From Bdellovibrionota bacterium (lineage in GTDB: Bacteria; Bdellovibrionota; UBA2428), in NCBI GenBank assembly GCA_964201665.1, contig CAXNEW010000005.1, positions 1 to 63,038 on the forward strand: a stretch of DNA of 63,038 nucleotides. The letters are read 5' to 3'. A program made the translations under genes and the position numbers. Shown here one piece after another: positions 37,324-46,646 of the stretch. Position 1 is the stretch's first letter, and the number at the start of each line of letters is the position of its first letter. Below the pieces are notes generated by a model that was not told the origin of the DNA, searched no databases, and was given only the letters and a program-made list of their open reading frames with translations.

Positions 37324-37359
37324 CAGTAAAAAGCGTAAGGTCCCTTACGCTTTTTACTG
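37324..37359. terminator. bidirectional intrinsic terminator hairpin between convergent genes
   Basis: CAGTAAAAAGCGTAAGG (37324-37340) pairs perfectly with CCTTACGCTTTTTACTG (37343-37359). A/T runs inside both arms give U-tracts on either strand. Confidence 0.75.
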
Positions 37360-37396
37360 AAGGCTAAGTCCTAAACTGGGAGAACTCGGGAACAAG

Positions 37397-38410
37397 TCAT
37401 TGATCACTCAATTTGGAATTTACAAGCCCGTAGATTCCGTACTGAATCAAATAGCTAAGAGTATATTCTGGAAATTCTTTCTCGAATATTTTCATGAGGG
37501 CCAAGTAGTGTTGGCCGGCCTGGTCGGTTTGAAGCTCTGATTTTCTGTTTCCCAGAGACTTAACATAGGCTGTTACCAACCCCTCTGCTTTTTTCAAATA
37601 CTGAATTTGTGATTTTACCGCGAGTTCGAGTTTCACAGCATGGCCTCTTCCACCATATACAGTCGGATTCTGAACTTTGAAGATTGATTGAATTTCTTTT
37701 AAGCCTGAAATCCAACCTTGGATTGTGGGATTGGGTTTTCCATCGACAATTCCCCCTTCAAGCCAAGCATGGGTTTGGTAATGAACCATATCCCCAACAA
37801 AAAGGGCATTTTGGGAAGGTATATATGCGATTGTCTGGGTACTACTCACACCGGGAGTAGTGAGAACTGAAAGATAAATTCTTTCGCCATTTCTAAGCCT
37901 AATCTCGGTCTTCTTTTCGAAAACCGTTTCGACACGCGGGAGCAAGGGGTAAGTTTCTTCACTAAACATCTTTGCAATATTCACAAAATAGTACTTCTTG
38001 TAGTCGTGAACCCCTTTCAGATTCTCTAAAGTTGCCTCGGATGCTGTGACTTTCGCCCCGAGTGCTTGAAATTCAGAGACACCATTGAATTTATCGGGGT
38101 TGGGGTGGGTGAGAATAACATGGGTAATTGGGCTCTGAGTTTGAGTCCTAATGAATTCTATTGATTCTTTTGCAAGCTCAGGGGTGAATTGTGTGTCAAA
38201 AACTACGACCTCCTCACCATTGTCGTAAAAGAAATTTTTAGTGTTGAACCCATTGGCTTCAGATTCAAAATGAAAAATCTTCTTGGTGGCGGATAAGCTC
38301 TCAATCCCTGGATCTTGAGTTATTTGTGCTCGAGCGCACCCGCCTGAGATGAGTGAAAAAAGGAAAGATTGAGCGGTTAGAAGTTTTGAAAAGTTCATTG
38401 TGGCCTCCAA
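37397..38410 (-). CDS. metallo-beta-lactamase-fold lipoprotein with a degenerate metal motif
   Basis: Lipobox-like LISGGCA. MBL-like layout, but motif 2 reads THPNPDK instead of HxHxDH. The start may be ATG 38398. Confidence 0.7.
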   Translation of the reverse strand: MEATMNFSKLLTAQSFLFSLISGGCARAQITQDPGIESLSATKKIFHFESEANGFNTKNFFYDNGEEVVVFDTQFTPELAKESIEFIRTQTQSPITHVILTHPNPDKFNGVSEFQALGAKVTASEATLENLKGVHDYKKYYFVNIAKMFSEETYPLLPRVETVFEKKTEIRLRNGERIYLSVLTTPGVSSTQTIAYIPSQNALFVGDMVHYQTHAWLEGGIVDGKPNPTIQGWISGLKEIQSIFKVQNPTVYGGRGHAVKLELAVKSQIQYLKKAEGLVTAYVKSLGNRKSELQTDQAGQHYLALMKIFEKEFPEYTLSYLIQYGIYGLVNSKLSDQ

Positions 38411-38474
38411 AGTTTAAATGTTTTTGTTGTTTACTGAATACATTTAACTCTGGGCTCCGTCTTAAGGCTTCCAG

Positions 38475-38510
38475 TTTTCGGCCAAAAGTCCTGCCGGTTT
38501 TGGCCAAAAG
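38475..38510. promoter_or_regulatory. two tandem palindromic sites in a divergent promoter region (candidate operator)
   Basis: TTTTCGGCCAAAAG (38475-38488) and TTTTGGCCAAAAG (38498-38510), the second containing the perfect 12-bp palindrome TTTTGGCCAAAA. Their centres are about 22 bp apart. They lie between the MBL gene and the AraC gene. Confidence 0.4.
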
Positions 38511-38558
38511 ACAATATCGCGTCTTTATTTAGGACCTATTCGGATTTAGCTTAACGGT

Positions 38559-39362
38559 ATGGCCTCCAACAGAGATTCGGTAGTTACTCATCCCGGAGTT
38601 TCGGTGATTTACCAAAAAATTCGAGGCAGCGAGGTTGGGTTGCATTCCCATGAGGATCATGAATTTTTTTTTCCGATCCAGGGAGAAATTCAGGTTCTGG
38701 ATCATGAAAAAAAAATTATGAAAGCGGGGCCCGGAAAAATGGTTTATCTACCCCCGAACACTCAACATTCATTTCTTTCAGATGCAGTTTCTCAGGGAGA
38801 AAGAATCATTCTTTTAGTTAGCCAAATTTTATGGAAAAAGCACAGCGGAGTCATTTCTACACCCCGAGTGATGTCTGCGAGTCAACTCTGCAAGGAAATT
38901 GTATTCCAGTTACTCATTAATCCAAAAACTAAGGCCCTCTCGGCTCTCATTCAGACACTCATCGAAACCCTCTCAGAAATGATCGAGACCTCAAATGAAA
39001 ACTCAGAAAAGGAAATTTCTTTTTTTGTGTCGAAGACTAACGATCAAAGATTGAAAAAAGCGTTGTACTTAATTTCTGAAAATTTTACTGCCACTTTGTC
39101 GTCCGCTCATATTGCGAAGGCATCGGGTTTGAGCGTGCGAAATTTAAATCGACTTTTTTTGAATGAATTTGGGATGACTCCAAAACAAATTCAAACAGCA
39201 CTTCGTATTCAAGAAGCCAAAAAAGAACTTTCAGCCGGAAAAACGAATGTCACCGATACCGCTTTAAGCATTGGGTACAGCTCTGTTTCCCAATTCATAG
39301 CGATTTTCCGACAACACACGGGGCAGATTCCCTCGGCCTTTTTGCCTAAATCATCTCTTTAG
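38559..39362 (+). CDS. AraC-family transcriptional regulator (cupin sensor plus HTH_18)
   Basis: N-terminal cupin-like region (HSHEDHEFFFPIQGE). C-terminal AraC HTH (IAKASGLSVRNLNRLFLNEFGMTPKQ ... IGYSSVSQFIAIFRQHTG). Confidence 0.85.
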   Translation: MASNRDSVVTHPGVSVIYQKIRGSEVGLHSHEDHEFFFPIQGEIQVLDHEKKIMKAGPGKMVYLPPNTQHSFLSDAVSQGERIILLVSQILWKKHSGVISTPRVMSASQLCKEIVFQLLINPKTKALSALIQTLIETLSEMIETSNENSEKEISFFVSKTNDQRLKKALYLISENFTATLSSAHIAKASGLSVRNLNRLFLNEFGMTPKQIQTALRIQEAKKELSAGKTNVTDTALSIGYSSVSQFIAIFRQHTGQIPSAFLPKSSL

Positions 39363-39422
39363 CCAGCGGAACATCAATTCGAAATCAATTTTCGAGGTTT
39401 ACTGAAGGGGTTGTAGGTTCGT

Positions 39423-39962
39423 CTAATCACCTTGGGTTCGTCTATGCGGATGCAAGCGAATGTCGGTGAACTCCTTGGGTAAATCCTTTTCGTTTTGGGG
39501 GATTCCCCAAAGATTTTTAATACTTTGGGGGATCTTTATGAGACTGTAATTCTTGAGTTCCACACAGACTGTTCGGAGTTCGGACCAATACAAAGTGCCC
39601 GGCAGAGCTTCTAAGGGCTGACTTTGGTTTATTTTTAGAAATTCTTCTGTTGGCGGGACATCAACCACCGACTGATTGAATCGAATTGACGCCTGCTTGA
39701 GGGCACCGACTCGCGTGAGTACAAAAATTTCTTTGCCCAAAAAGGCCGGGCGTAAAAACTTTTGAAAAACATCAGAGATTAAAATCCCCTGCCCTTCCTT
39801 GTGAAATTCATGAAGGCTTACTCCCATATTCAAGAATAATTCTGACCTGGCTCTTTCTAAAAGTTTTAAATAAACCGGATGGTGCAAGACTCCGAAATAG
39901 TCGACGTCTTCAAACTGCACTCGAATCGGGTACACGAAAGTTTTTTCAAAAATAGTTTTCAT
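39423..39962 (-). CDS. acyl-CoA thioesterase, 4HBT/YbgC-like hotdog fold
   Basis: VQFEDVDYFGVLHHPVYLKLLERAR is the typical 4HBT N-terminal motif. Lies 14 nt downstream of spoVR. Confidence 0.7.
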   Translation of the reverse strand: MKTIFEKTFVYPIRVQFEDVDYFGVLHHPVYLKLLERARSELFLNMGVSLHEFHKEGQGILISDVFQKFLRPAFLGKEIFVLTRVGALKQASIRFNQSVVDVPPTEEFLKINQSQPLEALPGTLYWSELRTVCVELKNYSLIKIPQSIKNLWGIPQNEKDLPKEFTDIRLHPHRRTQGD

Positions 39963-39976
39963 TTACCTAACGCCCT

Positions 39977-41482
39977 TTATGCTGAAACTTCTTTTGAAGA
40001 AAACTGTGTCCCATCAAAACTCAGCAGCGTGGGCTTTGTTTCAAGCACCGTTTGTATGTGCACAGGCCGCCTCCAAAGAGCCTGAAGATTCCTTAGAGTC
40101 AGATCGGCGTAGTCCCCCCGAAGATCTTGGCCCTCATGGGAATGAATCAGCAGAAGCTCGCCACGATTAAGAAAGTTTGAGTCGACAACCTGAATAATAG
40201 GCTGACCAAAATTCACAAGTTTTTTTAAGAGCTGCGATTTAATGGCCTGAAACTCGCGGGTTGTGATTTCGTTTTGGCCGGTGCGTTCGTTAAAATCAAA
40301 GGCAAAGAATCTTTGTTTGCGGCAAAAATCTTCTGTAAAAAACTCGTCTATAAAAGTGGCGTCGTTATAAAGCGACCGCACTTCAAATATTTTTTTTCGC
40401 CCAAGCCCCAATTTTTTATCCCACTGACTTTTTGCAAGATAGTCGTCGCAATTGTCCCAATCTTTTCCAAATTGGCCCTTATTCCATCGGTCTTCGATGT
40501 CATGAAAAAGTTCGTAGCCCACCTTATAGGGATTAAAGCCGCCCTTAGGTGTGGCTAGGGTTCCACTATGAACATCGGCAAAATCAACAATCTCAGAATC
40601 CGAAAGCAAATGCTCGCTCATAAGCTTGGCGTGCCAGTAACTGGCCCAACCTTCGTTCATAATTTTCGTTTGGCCTTGGGGAGTAAAATAAGCAGCCTCG
40701 TCGCGAACAATTGTGAGGCAATCTCTCTGCCATGGCTCGAGCGGAGCGTTTTCAATTAGAAAATTAAGAACATCGCGCTCGGGTTTTTCGGGAAATTTTT
40801 TTGGCGTTGCTTGTAGATTTTCGAAATCTTTTCTCTGTTGGTTAATCACCTTGTCGGGATTAACGAAAGATTCCATATAAGATTTAGTTGGTATTTTTGT
40901 AGCCTTAAAAACCGTTGATTCAGGTGGCTGTTTTTCAGAATCAGGAATTCCCGGAATTCTTTGAACCCCGCCCAAATTGTTGAGGTCGATTAAATTATCA
41001 ATCGAAAGACACCGGTCCAAAAATTCTTCAACAACCTCGACACCCTTTTGATCTTGATATTCACGAATACGAACTGCGTGATTGGCCATTTGATCAAGCA
41101 TGCGGCGATTGGTGTGCGAAAAGGTGCGATTATGTTTGAAAAAATCGCTGTGGCCATAAACATGGGCCATGACGAGTTTTTGTTCCATTAATGAATTTGA
41201 ACTGAGTAAATAGGCGTAGCAGGGGTCGGTGTTAATCACCATTTCATAAATTTTTGACAGACCGTGTGTATAACTTTTTGAGAGCCGGTCAAAATCCATC
41301 CCAAAGCGCCAATGTGGATAACGAGTGGGAAAGCCTCCAAGAGAGGCCAGCTCGTTGACCTCGTTGTAATCAACGACTTCAAAAATCACTTCAAAAAAGT
41401 CTAAACCCGCATCTATTGCTTTTTGGCGAGCAATTTTTTGCCATTGTTGCAATTCTTCGGGCATCCGCCTTCGGCCAACCAT
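39977..41482 (-). CDS. SpoVR/YcgB family protein
   Basis: GLDFFEVIFEVVDYNEVNELASLGGFPTRYPHWRFGMDF and later blocks are characteristic SpoVR. AAGGAGG sits 5 nt upstream of ATG 41482. Confidence 0.9.
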   Translation of the reverse strand: MVGRRRMPEELQQWQKIARQKAIDAGLDFFEVIFEVVDYNEVNELASLGGFPTRYPHWRFGMDFDRLSKSYTHGLSKIYEMVINTDPCYAYLLSSNSLMEQKLVMAHVYGHSDFFKHNRTFSHTNRRMLDQMANHAVRIREYQDQKGVEVVEEFLDRCLSIDNLIDLNNLGGVQRIPGIPDSEKQPPESTVFKATKIPTKSYMESFVNPDKVINQQRKDFENLQATPKKFPEKPERDVLNFLIENAPLEPWQRDCLTIVRDEAAYFTPQGQTKIMNEGWASYWHAKLMSEHLLSDSEIVDFADVHSGTLATPKGGFNPYKVGYELFHDIEDRWNKGQFGKDWDNCDDYLAKSQWDKKLGLGRKKIFEVRSLYNDATFIDEFFTEDFCRKQRFFAFDFNERTGQNEITTREFQAIKSQLLKKLVNFGQPIIQVVDSNFLNRGELLLIHSHEGQDLRGDYADLTLRNLQALWRRPVHIQTVLETKPTLLSFDGTQFSSKEVSA

Positions 41483-41499
41483 TTTTGCCTCCTTGAGAA

Positions 41500-42654
41500 C
41501 TATCGACCTGAACCCAAAAAGGTTCGAATCGAATCGTAAATACCTTCTTTATCAGAAATACGGGTCGCAACCACTTTAGGCTGCTCATTAAATCGCTCAA
41601 GTAAATCTTTAAAAAACTGTCCCGATCCATACCGGCTTTCAACCTGACCATAACTAAACTGATTTGCCAGCGGCAACATATCTTCCGAAACCATATCTAA
41701 ACAAATTTTAGTGTCTTCACTTGACCAGTTATCGCCATCAGAGAAATGAAAGGGATAAATATTCCAATCAGCCGATGGGTAATCTTTATGGATAATATCC
41801 AAACACAATCTGTAGGCCGAACTAATGAGAGTTCCGCCCGATTCTCGAGTTCTATAAAAAGTATCTTCATCAACTTCGCGCGCCGAGGCGTCGTGAATAA
41901 TAAATCTGCGGTGAATGCCCTGGTATTGGCTTCTTAGCCAGGTATCGATCCAAAAAGATTCGGTGCGAACAATTTCTTTTTGCTCGTCTCCCATACTTCC
42001 TGAAACGTCCATCATGTAAATGATTACAGCATTGGTCTGAGGTCTTGGGGTTTCTGACCAACCTCGATATCTCAAATCTTTTTTTACCGGAACAATTATA
42101 GGATTTTTGGCATCGTAAATGCCTGAAGCAATTTGGCGCTTAAGGGCTTCTTTGAAGGTCCTTTTAAAATGCCTTAGTGATTGAGGGCCTTCGGTATGAA
42201 TACTCGTATAGCGCGTTGATTTTGTAGTGACCTCGTGTGAGCCCTTGGGTTCAATATGGGGTAGCTGAAGTTCTTCACCCAACATTTGAGCAAGTTCTTC
42301 AACTGTAAAATCGACTTCAAGCTCGTGCTGACCTTCAGAATTTCCTGCCTTTTTTTCGCCGCCTTCGCCCTCTTGGGGTTGGCCATTCACGGGATCTCCA
42401 GGTTTGCCATCTCCTTGGCCCACTCCACCCTTGTTGGAATCACCAAAGATAAACCGAGGTAAATCTATCTGCGGAACTGGGATAGTAACTCGATCATTTC
42501 CTTTTCTTGAAATGAGCTCGCCGTGAGAAATAAACTTTTTTAGATTTTGGCGTATTTTTCCGCGAACAATGTCTTTAAAGCGACTGTGATCTCTTTTGAT
42601 TCCTGACAGCGTAAAAGTACGACTCGCCGAGTTGGAACCATCCTGACCAGACAT
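41500..42654 (-). CDS. YeaH/YhbH family protein (DUF444, vWA-like)
   Basis: N-terminus [24 protein letters not shown] and the vWA-type block [13 protein letters not shown] are DUF444 signatures. Confidence 0.9.
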   Translation of the reverse strand: MSGQDGSNSASRTFTLSGIKRDHSRFKDIVRGKIRQNLKKFISHGELISRKGNDRVTIPVPQIDLPRFIFGDSNKGGVGQGDGKPGDPVNGQPQEGEGGEKKAGNSEGQHELEVDFTVEELAQMLGEELQLPHIEPKGSHEVTTKSTRYTSIHTEGPQSLRHFKRTFKEALKRQIASGIYDAKNPIIVPVKKDLRYRGWSETPRPQTNAVIIYMMDVSGSMGDEQKEIVRTESFWIDTWLRSQYQGIHRRFIIHDASAREVDEDTFYRTRESGGTLISSAYRLCLDIIHKDYPSADWNIYPFHFSDGDNWSSEDTKICLDMVSEDMLPLANQFSYGQVESRYGSGQFFKDLLERFNEQPKVVATRISDKEGIYDSIRTFLGSGR

Positions 42655-42661
42655 GTTTTAA

Positions 42662-43885
42662 TTATAACTCAATTTGAACGAGCCGTGGCGGAGACCCTGG
42701 TTTTTCTTGGTGATTTTGCCACCATGAACCCTCGCCACCCCACAAAATAATTTTTGTTTTGCTCGTTTGGTTCTTGTTTTGGGTGTTTTGATTAGCTTCG
42801 TTGTCAAAATTTTCAAAACCAAAGGGCCAAAGTGTAAGTGACCCCATGTGACTCATTCCCGCGACTAATCCAAATGATTCAATTTTTGGCAAAGGCGGCA
42901 GCGCCTCCTTATCTTCAGGATTGTCTTCGGTGTTTAAAATTTCAAAACCCTTAATTTCAGCACCTTCTTTGCGTTCTACTGAAAAAACAATTCGTCCCCT
43001 ATTTGGAGCGTCAGGGATTTGACACACAGCTCTTATCGATAAATCCGAATCAACTAAAACCTGTGATTCTTCCTCGTGACTGATGGGATTGCGTCTGACG
43101 CGAGCTAACTGTTTACAATTTTTATTGGTGAAATAAAGCCACCCATCAAGCCCCGCCGCAGAGGATCCCATTCCCGAACTATCTGCCAGGCGAATTGGGG
43201 TGGGCTTAGCTTTAATATCAGTTAGGGCCATGCGCAAAAGTCTTCCTTTGTCGCCGCAAAGCCAAAAAAAACCTTCTTCGCTTTTATCTTTGTGTAAATA
43301 AAAAGTAGGTCCTAAGTCTTTTCGAAGGGTTTCTCGTTTTTCGGTATGCAAGTAGGGTTCACGCCAAAGTGCCTGGCCCTGAAGCCCAAAAATATAATCG
43401 CCAATATGTGCAACATCCCAAACCATGCCGGGATCTTTAAATCTTCTAACTTTAAATTCATGATTAACAATTTGCACAATCGAATGGCGAAGCAGAGCCC
43501 CCATTCCATCGTCTTGTTTAAGAAGAAACTCACGAAGTGCATCGCCAGCTTTGGTCACAAGATTTTGCCCAAAAATTGAGGTTACAAACTCAGGCAAAAA
43601 ACCCTTGTGGTAACTGACCAGGGCCGTATCACCACTCGTTGTGGACCTGAGTCCGTGGCCTAAACCCCAGAGCGACTTATCCTCAAGGGCCTCTTCGAGG
43701 CCCGAATCTTCAAAGGACAAAAAACTTCCGTCAGCTGCCAGGCGCACTTCAAAAAGGCAGGGATTTGCCCACATCAAACCGCATGACAAATTATTTTTTG
43801 AATTGCAGTGAAGTGCAGAAATGAAGGGATGGGGTTTAATCCCTTGAATTTTTTTTGTGGGAACTTCAAGTAAATTATAATTCAT
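42662..43885 (-). CDS. hypothetical protein (407 aa), translationally coupled to valS
   Basis: Its start overlaps the valS stop by 4 nt, and its stop lies 8 nt from the yeaH start. No Walker motif or other signature recognised. Asn/Gln-rich stretch near the C-terminus. Confidence 0.6.
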   Translation of the reverse strand: MNYNLLEVPTKKIQGIKPHPFISALHCNSKNNLSCGLMWANPCLFEVRLAADGSFLSFEDSGLEEALEDKSLWGLGHGLRSTTSGDTALVSYHKGFLPEFVTSIFGQNLVTKAGDALREFLLKQDDGMGALLRHSIVQIVNHEFKVRRFKDPGMVWDVAHIGDYIFGLQGQALWREPYLHTEKRETLRKDLGPTFYLHKDKSEEGFFWLCGDKGRLLRMALTDIKAKPTPIRLADSSGMGSSAAGLDGWLYFTNKNCKQLARVRRNPISHEEESQVLVDSDLSIRAVCQIPDAPNRGRIVFSVERKEGAEIKGFEILNTEDNPEDKEALPPLPKIESFGLVAGMSHMGSLTLWPFGFENFDNEANQNTQNKNQTSKTKIILWGGEGSWWQNHQEKPGSPPRLVQIEL

Positions 43886-46587
43886 AGTTGTCCGAGTTCA
43901 CTTAAGGTTTTTTGAACTCTGTTCAGTTTGTCCTCAATCTCAGATAACTTCAACCTCTCCTTGTCGATAACTTCTTTTGGGGCCCTTTCAACAAATTGCG
44001 GATTCTGGAGTTTTCCGTGTTGGGCACTCAAAAGTTTCTCAAGTTGAATTTTTTCTTTTTCAAGGCGCGTTTTTTCTTCGGCTACGTCAACGAGATCCTT
44101 AATGGGAATCGAAAATTCTACCGCTTTGCCGGCCTCAAGAGCGGCCACCACCGCCTTGGAATGGGGCTCAGTGAGCTCCTGTTCAACAAAATCGACAGCA
44201 GTCGTTTTTGCGAGATTTTCTATGAGCTCACCATTTGCACGCAAAATGGAAAGGCTTTTCTGAGTCTCAGGTCTAACATTGGCATAAACTCGAATTTTTT
44301 TTGCAGGAGAAACTTTATTTTCAGAGCGTAAATTTCTTATTGCCCCAATGACCTCTTGCAAAAAACGAAACTCGGCAAGGGCCTCAACATCCGGGAAACC
44401 TTCTCCCGAGGGAAATTTTTGCCAACATAAAAACTCACCAGGCGCGACACCCGGCAACTGGGCATACAATTCTTCCGTAACATGTGGACAAATGGGATGT
44501 AGAATTTTTAGAGCCTCTGAAAGCACATACAGTAAAACAGGCTGCGCTTCTTTGCGCCGGGTTTTAGTTGATTCTAAATACCAATCACAAAAATCATTCC
44601 AAAAGAAATGATAAATTTTTTCAGCAGCCTCCTGCATTTTAAATTCATCCCAAGCTTTTGAAACCTCCCGTGCTGTTGCGTCGAGACATGCCAGGATCCA
44701 GCGATCACTCAAATTGGCGCTTAAGTTGGCGCTCAAAGATGTGAGATTTTTTGGGCGGGCTTTCCATGAAGCTTCGCTGACAGAAGTTTCCATCAAAACA
44801 AATCGGGTGGCATTCCACACTTTGTTGATAAAGTGTTTGTAGCCCTCAATCCGCTCGTCAGAGAGTTTTAAATCGCGCCCCTGTACACACAATGCATTTA
44901 GGGTCAGGCGCAATGTATCGGCCCCCATGCGTTCGGCGATTTCTAGAGGGTCTTTGACATTCCCTTTTGTCTTAGACATTTTTTGCCCTTTTTCATCGCG
45001 GACCATGGGGTGAAGTAAGACTTTTGAAAAAGGAGCCTGACCTAAAAATTCTTGTCCAAACATGATCATCCGAGCGACCCAGAAAAAAATAATATCAAAA
45101 CCCGTTTCTAAGACTGCATTTGGATAAAACTTTTTAAGGTCGTTATTATTTTTGTCGGGCCAACCCAAGGTTGAAAACGGCCAGAGCCCAGAAGAAAACC
45201 AGGTATCAAGAACATCCGGATCTTGTTCCCATTTTGTCTGCGAACATTTTGCGCAGGCTTTTGTAGGAATTTTTTCGCTAACTTCGATTTGGCCGCATCC
45301 CACGCAATGAAAAGCAGGAATCTGCTGTCCCCACCACAACTGTCTTGAAATACACCAATCTTTTATTCCCTCAAGCCAACGTAAATACTGATTGCGAAAT
45401 TCCTCGGGAATAATTTGAACCTGATTTGTTTGAACAACTTTAAGGGCGCGATCACCCATTTGAGTCATTTTTAAATACCACTGGGTGGACAAAAAGGGCT
45501 CTACAACATCGCCCCATCTTTCAGAAAGCCCAAGCCTTAAGGTGTGTTTTTCAATTTTTTCAAGAAGACCCAGCTGATCAAGTTCTGAAACAATGCGTTT
45601 TCGAGCTTCAAAGCGATCAAGACCCGAAAACTGCGCAGCAGTTCCGGGAAGTCCCTCAACAATTGTTGCTGATTTTGTAAACACATTTATGCGAGGAAGT
45701 TTATGGCGAGCTCCAACTTCAAAATCGTTGTGATCATGAGCAGGAGTAATTTTTACAGCTCCAGTTCCAAACTCCAGATCAACAAAAGTATCGCCAATGA
45801 TAGGAACTGTGCGGTCAACAAAGGGAAGTTTTACAGATTTTCCGATCAAACTTTTGAATCGAGGATCGTCGGGATGAACTGCCACCGCAACATCACCTAA
45901 CAATGTTTCAGGACGGGTGGTCGCAACAACCAAAAACCTTGAAGGTCCACCACCTTCAATCGGATAGCGGATATGCCAAATCTGTCCTTCGCGCTCCTCA
46001 TTTGTGACTTCTAAATCTGAAAGGACTGTTTGGCCCTTTGGACTCCAGTGAACCAGTCGCTCTTCGCGGTAAATAAGGCCTCGTTTATGGAGTTCAATAA
46101 AAGCGGCTGTCACGGCGCCATTTAAATTTGGGTCCATCGTAAAGGCCTCGCGACTCCAGTCGCAACTTGTTCCGAGCCGTCGAATCTGACTCACAATTCT
46201 GGGCTTGTAGGCCTCAATCCAATCCCAACATTCTTTCAAAAAACCTTCTCGACCTAGGCTTCGATAATCTATTTTCTTGGTTTCAAATAAATGCCGGGCC
46301 ACCGACATCTGCACTGCAATCGAAGCATGATCGGTTCCGGGTAGATAAAGAACTTCGTCGCCCGCCATTCTTCGCCACCGTGCCAAAACATCTTGCAGCG
46401 AAATCCCCAACGCATGCCCCTGGTGTAAGACTCCTGTGACATTTGGAGGAGGCATCATTATGGACCAGTTCTTACCGGTGGGGGCTCGATGTCGCTTACG
46501 ATCTTCTTCGGGTTTACCTAGAAAATTTTCTTGCCACTGCTTTTGCCATTTAGAGTCGTGAATTGTGGGCTCATAAGCCTTGTCCAT
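43882..46587 (-). CDS. valS: valine--tRNA ligase
   Basis: PPPNVTGVLHQGHAL (HIGH region), KMSKTKGN (KMSKS), a CP1 editing domain and a C-terminal coiled coil. Confidence 0.95.
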   Translation of the reverse strand: MDKAYEPTIHDSKWQKQWQENFLGKPEEDRKRHRAPTGKNWSIMMPPPNVTGVLHQGHALGISLQDVLARWRRMAGDEVLYLPGTDHASIAVQMSVARHLFETKKIDYRSLGREGFLKECWDWIEAYKPRIVSQIRRLGTSCDWSREAFTMDPNLNGAVTAAFIELHKRGLIYREERLVHWSPKGQTVLSDLEVTNEEREGQIWHIRYPIEGGGPSRFLVVATTRPETLLGDVAVAVHPDDPRFKSLIGKSVKLPFVDRTVPIIGDTFVDLEFGTGAVKITPAHDHNDFEVGARHKLPRINVFTKSATIVEGLPGTAAQFSGLDRFEARKRIVSELDQLGLLEKIEKHTLRLGLSERWGDVVEPFLSTQWYLKMTQMGDRALKVVQTNQVQIIPEEFRNQYLRWLEGIKDWCISRQLWWGQQIPAFHCVGCGQIEVSEKIPTKACAKCSQTKWEQDPDVLDTWFSSGLWPFSTLGWPDKNNNDLKKFYPNAVLETGFDIIFFWVARMIMFGQEFLGQAPFSKVLLHPMVRDEKGQKMSKTKGNVKDPLEIAERMGADTLRLTLNALCVQGRDLKLSDERIEGYKHFINKVWNATRFVLMETSVSEASWKARPKNLTSLSANLSANLSDRWILACLDATAREVSKAWDEFKMQEAAEKIYHFFWNDFCDWYLESTKTRRKEAQPVLLYVLSEALKILHPICPHVTEELYAQLPGVAPGEFLCWQKFPSGEGFPDVEALAEFRFLQEVIGAIRNLRSENKVSPAKKIRVYANVRPETQKSLSILRANGELIENLAKTTAVDFVEQELTEPHSKAVVAALEAGKAVEFSIPIKDLVDVAEEKTRLEKEKIQLEKLLSAQHGKLQNPQFVERAPKEVIDKERLKLSEIEDKLNRVQKTLSELGQL

Positions 46588-46646
46588 TGTGCTTAAGTTA
46601 TATCGAGCCCTTGGGGCCCCATCAACTTTTATTCCGAATCACTTCG

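Noticed and set aside
44705-44745. Tandem 12-nt duplication inside valS encoding SANLSANLS
   Set aside because: A short in-frame duplication in a variable linker of ValRS. It causes no frameshift and has no repeat-array character.
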